DNA of 64,000 bases. Source: Longimicrobiales bacterium. GTDB lineage: Bacteria; Gemmatimonadota; Gemmatimonadetes; Longimicrobiales; Gaopeijiaceae. Below, piece after piece: positions 60,438 through 64,000 of the stretch; the stretch's first letter is position 1; each line of letters starts with the position of its first letter. The DNA lies in NCBI GenBank assembly GCA_965219445.1, contig CBDCNQ010000005.1:320001-384000 (forward strand), read 5' to 3'. Both the position numbers and the translations under genes were made by a program. Under the pieces are notes generated by a model. That model had not been told where the DNA came from, did not search any database, and worked only from the letters and a program-made list of their open reading frames with translations.

Positions 60438-60974
60438 TGCACCTCCACGTTCGCGGTGGAGGCGCCAAGTGAGTGGATCGGCCGGAAGATCGCTCGAGGT
60501 GGTGCCTACATCCCCACTCTCCCGCCCGCTAGGTCAAAGCGCCAAGTGTGCAATTTTCGATGGCCACATGTGTGCAATATTGGAAGGCCGCTAACATCCC
60601 TCAGCGAATAGCCTGTTCCCTGTGAGATCGAGTCCGTCGCGGTTGTGTTTCCACCGTCATGCGTCCTGGAGATGCCGGCCGCGTGGTTCGATTCGGGGGT
60701 GGCCGAGTTTCTGGGCGCACGGTCCGGAGGCCGTCGTCCTCCAGCCTGCGGGGGCCGGGTGATCCGGAACGGCTCCGGCCGACACGCCGCGGTCGCTCAC
60801 CGGTACGGCCGGCCCATCGGATGCCATGGTTCTTCGCCGCGAGCGGCGGGGGCCAGCGCGGCGCCGCTTCGGCCCGCGGCGTCCTGCCCTGCGACCGGTT
60901 TCCCGCAGTGGGGCGAGAGCGCGGGATGACGAGGGGGTTCGGGGAGGATGCGGGACCGCCCGTCTGCACGGCAC

Positions 60975-61110
60975 GGAGCCCGGAGGCGGAGTCCCGCGCG
61001 GGGCTGATTCCGAGGGCGATCCATCTGCGGATGGCCGGCGGAAGCTTCCCGAAGCGCGTCCGACCGGGCGCGCGGGTTCTTGGCCGGGTCGAGGCCGAGT
61101 GGATGTGTGG
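60975..61110 (+). pseudogene. Degenerate second AlpA copy
   Basis: EAESRAGLIPRAIHLRMAGGSFPKRVRPGARVLGRVEAEW aligns with the AlpA at 57907-58134. Confidence 0.65.
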
Positions 61111-61534
61111 ATCCGGTGCCGTCTGCCCGCGCCGTCCGGACCGCGAGCTCGGCTCGTGCGGTCGGGGACTGCCTTCTGTCGCGTCTTTCCGGGGACCTCT
61201 CCCTCCCGGCCCTCGCGACACAGATGGAAGCGGAGCAGGCGGTTCGGGCGATCGTCGACCACCTCAGCTCCGGGATGGAGCAGTACGTTCCGTCCGCCCA
61301 CCCGGCCGCCGAGTCGTTGGTTGCCGCATACTTCGACCTCGCACCCGCGGTCCCGGGGCTGGAGCGCATCCGGGTGGCCGGGGAAGAGATGCGGCTCCCG
61401 GTGGAGGTGACGACCGGCATCGCAGCGGACGGAGGCACGATCCGCACATTCGTCTTCCCTGACCGACCGCGGCCCCCCGGGCATGGCTGTGCTCGGCTCC
61501 TTCGGGCGCGTGCCGGCGCCGGTTTCGCCGATGA

Positions 61535-62075
61535 TCAGAACAGGATCGTGCCCCGCGCCGTGATCCCGTAGGTGGCCGGGGCCGCCCCGTGGCCGCGACG
61601 CTCGAGCTCCAGGTTCACGTTTGTGGACCGGCCGGTCGCTAGGTGGCTCCCGACGCGATAGCCCCGTGCCACCTCGTCGCCGAGGGCCATGCTGACGTAC
61701 GGCGTGAGCGCGCCACGTCGCCGGGGGACCCCGAAGCCGTATCCGACATGGGCCTCCAGGCGCGGTCCCGTGGCGTCGTATGAGGTCGGGACCGCGGAAC
61801 CCTGCTCCCACAGCTGTGCGACGCCGCTCGCCGTCCGTCCCCACGTCGGCGTGAGGCCGACGGAAACGCCGCGTTCGGACGCTCCGGGATCATAGAGAAT
61901 CCGTGTGCCGAAGCCCCATTCGTGGATCGTGCTCTGGTGGAACGCCAGCCAGCGGCCCTCGCTCTCGACGCTCAGCCCCGTATCGGAGTTCCGATACCGG
62001 AGTCCACCGCCCAGCTCGAGGCCGCCTCCGCGCTCCCCGTCTCCCGCGTCGTGGCGAAACCCCAGCTCCGCCCTT
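61535..62075 (-). pseudogene. C-terminal autotransporter-like beta-barrel fragment
   Basis: ELGFRHDAGDGERGGGLELGGGLRY...RLEAHVGYGF...GTILF (terminal Phe). Confidence 0.7.
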
Positions 62076-62154
62076 TCACGCAGGCACCGGGCGAGGCGGT
62101 GTGCCGCAACGAAGCTAACGTCGTTTCTCAAAGAGGAAAGTCCATTTAGCATAC

Positions 62155-62415
62155 TGACCTGCCCCCAAGAGCGGTACCACCCCAGCACCTGTGGAGGGCC
62201 GTGAAGGACGGGCATCGTCAGGAACCAGGGCGACGGCTTAATCGCCTCAGGGGCCGGGGGAAAGCCGCCGCAGGCGCTGTGGGGTCGGACGGTATTGTAC
62301 TCGCGCCTCCATTGCTCGACCAGCACGGCCGCCTGCGCCAACGAGTAGAAGATCTCCCCGTTCAACAGCTCGTCCCTGAGCTTGCCGTTGAAGCTCTCGT
62401 TGTAGCCGTTCTCGT
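62155..62415 (-). mobile_element. IS3-family 3' fragment with terminal IR
   Basis: ENGYNESFNGKLRDELLN...YNTVRPHS; IR-like TGACCTGCCCCCAAGAGCGGTACCA at 62155. Confidence 0.85.
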
Positions 62416-63224
62416 GCGTGGCTGCCCGAGCACCCGGCACGCTCTCCTCTCCGACGCCCCGAGCTGCCGACGGCTAATGGGCGCGGCGTTTCAACGGACC
62501 GGACCAGCGGCCTCCCGGTTTCGACGCTCGCTGGCCAGATAGGCCGACCGGTCGTCCATGAGTCGGCCAAAGTGGGATCGCTTCGGTCGTAAACGTTCGG
62601 TCGAGGTATGGAATCACCCTGCCGACGGGTGAGGCTCGGTGCGCACGGGCGACCGGACTCCTTTGATGGCAGCCACTTTCAACCTCCTACCGGTCCGCGT
62701 CATCACACCACGACTGAACGGCTACCTTCGGTCGGCGCTCATCCGGCGACGCCTCGTATCGGGCGCGGCCAACCCCTGCTGCAGCCGCCCGTTCGTTTTG
62801 TATATCCGAAGTGATCCACAACGTATCGGCTACCGGCTAACCGCAAGCGTAGCAATAGGTTACTGAATCATTCGTCGGTTCAACCAGGACTGCGCGATCT
62901 GCTGCACTTGCCGTCCTACCATACCTGATGCTGCCGTGCTTAAAGGGCGGGGAAACGGCATCAAGTGGCGGGTATGACTGGCAGGCATCTCGAACCCGGA
63001 TCAGGGCCATCGCCTTCTCGACCGGGTGATGGCTCCGGGACATTTGCCGTTCAACCTGGCCATTCGCATTGGTCAATTGGCTCGTGGTCCTCTGGGTCGC
63101 CCCGAGGATTCGGAGCTGGTCGTACACCATTTGCTGGACCGCTTCACGGGAGGCGATTTGACGGAGACGCTCAGCCGCATCGAGGGCACCGAGCGGGAAT
63201 CTGTATCCGAGGGGTCTGCGGCGA

Positions 63225-64000
63225 TTCCGGTCTTCTCCGCGATGCGCCGCTCCGCCATGCGGAAGAAGCGAACGTAGAGATCGTTCAGGCCCTGTCCTTC
63301 GGGCCGGCGCACCTGCTTGGTCGTCCGATAGGCTTCCGAGAGTTCACGCTCCTCGTCCACTGCCATGCCGGCGAAGCCGTTGCAGGGTGGGTTACCGAGG
63401 ATCACCAGAATCGGGGTTTCCTGCTTCACCCGATCTGCCCGGTCGCGTTCCTCTTCAAGCTCCGGGAAGGGCAGCGGCTTGTTCATGTGCGGCTCCCATC
63501 CGGTCAGCGCGCTCGGTGAGGAACACGCGCGCGCGCTCGGTGCCGTCATCCGCCAGCGGCGCGTCCAGATTCTGCATCGTCAAGCCGACCTGCAAATGCG
63601 CGACGACGAACGGCGCGGGCATGATCTCGAAGCCGAAGACGCGGTCGGTTGCCGCGTTCCTAACCGCTACGCCGGCGAGCGCACCGAGGCCCTGTGCTTC
63701 GAGATTGAGAGCAATGCGGCGGAGCACCTCCGCGAGATAGGACCCGGTACCGCAGCACGGGTCCAGCACGTAGACATTTTCTGCCGCGAGCCCGTCCGGA
63801 ATGTCGAGATCGTCCTTCAGCGCCCTGTCCACGCGGGCCACCATGTAGCGGACCACTTCCGTTGGCGTGTACCAGACGCCCAGTTCCTTGCGCAGTGCGG
63901 GGTCGAAAGCTTCGAGGAACGGCTCGTAGAAGTACGGCACCGCCTCGCCCTCGTTGAACCGCGAGAAGAACTCGGCCCGGTCCACGCGGTCGAGTGCCGC
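63225..64000 (-). pseudogene. Type ISP-like restriction-modification/N6-adenine methyltransferase remnant (runs off the window)
   Basis: YFYEPFL, GVWYTPTEVV, VLDPCCGTG, GFEIMPAPF; frameshift near 63513; NPPY altered to NPPC; truncated after RRIAEKTG. Confidence 0.85.

Larger units (their letters stand above)
59078..60596 (-). mobile_element. Truncated IS21 element with intact left end
   Basis: End TGTTAGCGGCC.. (reverse complement, 60596) with internal repeats TGTGCAATTTTCGATGGCC (60547) and TGTGCAATATTGGAAGGCC (60571). Confidence 0.85.

Noticed and set aside
61535..62440. 301-aa ORF as a genuine integrase-autotransporter fusion
   Set aside because: Accidental read-through across an IS3 terminal IR into a truncated barrel gene

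Overview
GC-rich bacterial DNA. The kinase family, TonB receptors and PQQ enzymes resemble Gemmatimonadota, but that assignment is an impression only. From about 2.5 to 50.7 kb the window is organised around one family of Hanks-type Ser/Thr kinases with TolB/PD40-like beta-propellers. Three copies are intact (2583, 6297, 47813). About eleven short remnants of the same 5' end (M-S/T-D-P-V-x-R-L-N-A-A-L-E-G-R-Y...) all lie on the + strand, several still carrying a conserved upstream TTGC(GC/AG)-N17/18-NATGTT element. The remnants sit at junctions between unrelated cargo blocks: FHA-GGDEF, MgtC, FprA-like reductase, LPMO-like protein, Tat flavoprotein/cytochrome operon, PQQ dehydrogenases, SoxR and MarR units, and a C5-dicarboxylate-like cluster. 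A DUF222-HNH endonuclease gene lies head-to-head with the first kinase, and an internally deleted copy of that HNH/kinase-start unit abuts another kinase 5' remnant. The best candidate for an undescribed system is therefore a kinase-anchored gene capture/turnover array, possibly driven by the HNH nuclease plus microhomology repair. This is inference, and misassembly must be excluded. From about 54 kb to the end is a decayed mobile island (AlpA x2, IS21, IS3 fragments, autotransporter fragment, Type ISP R-M pseudogene). I recognised no rRNA, tRNA, CRISPR array, integrase or reverse transcriptase.
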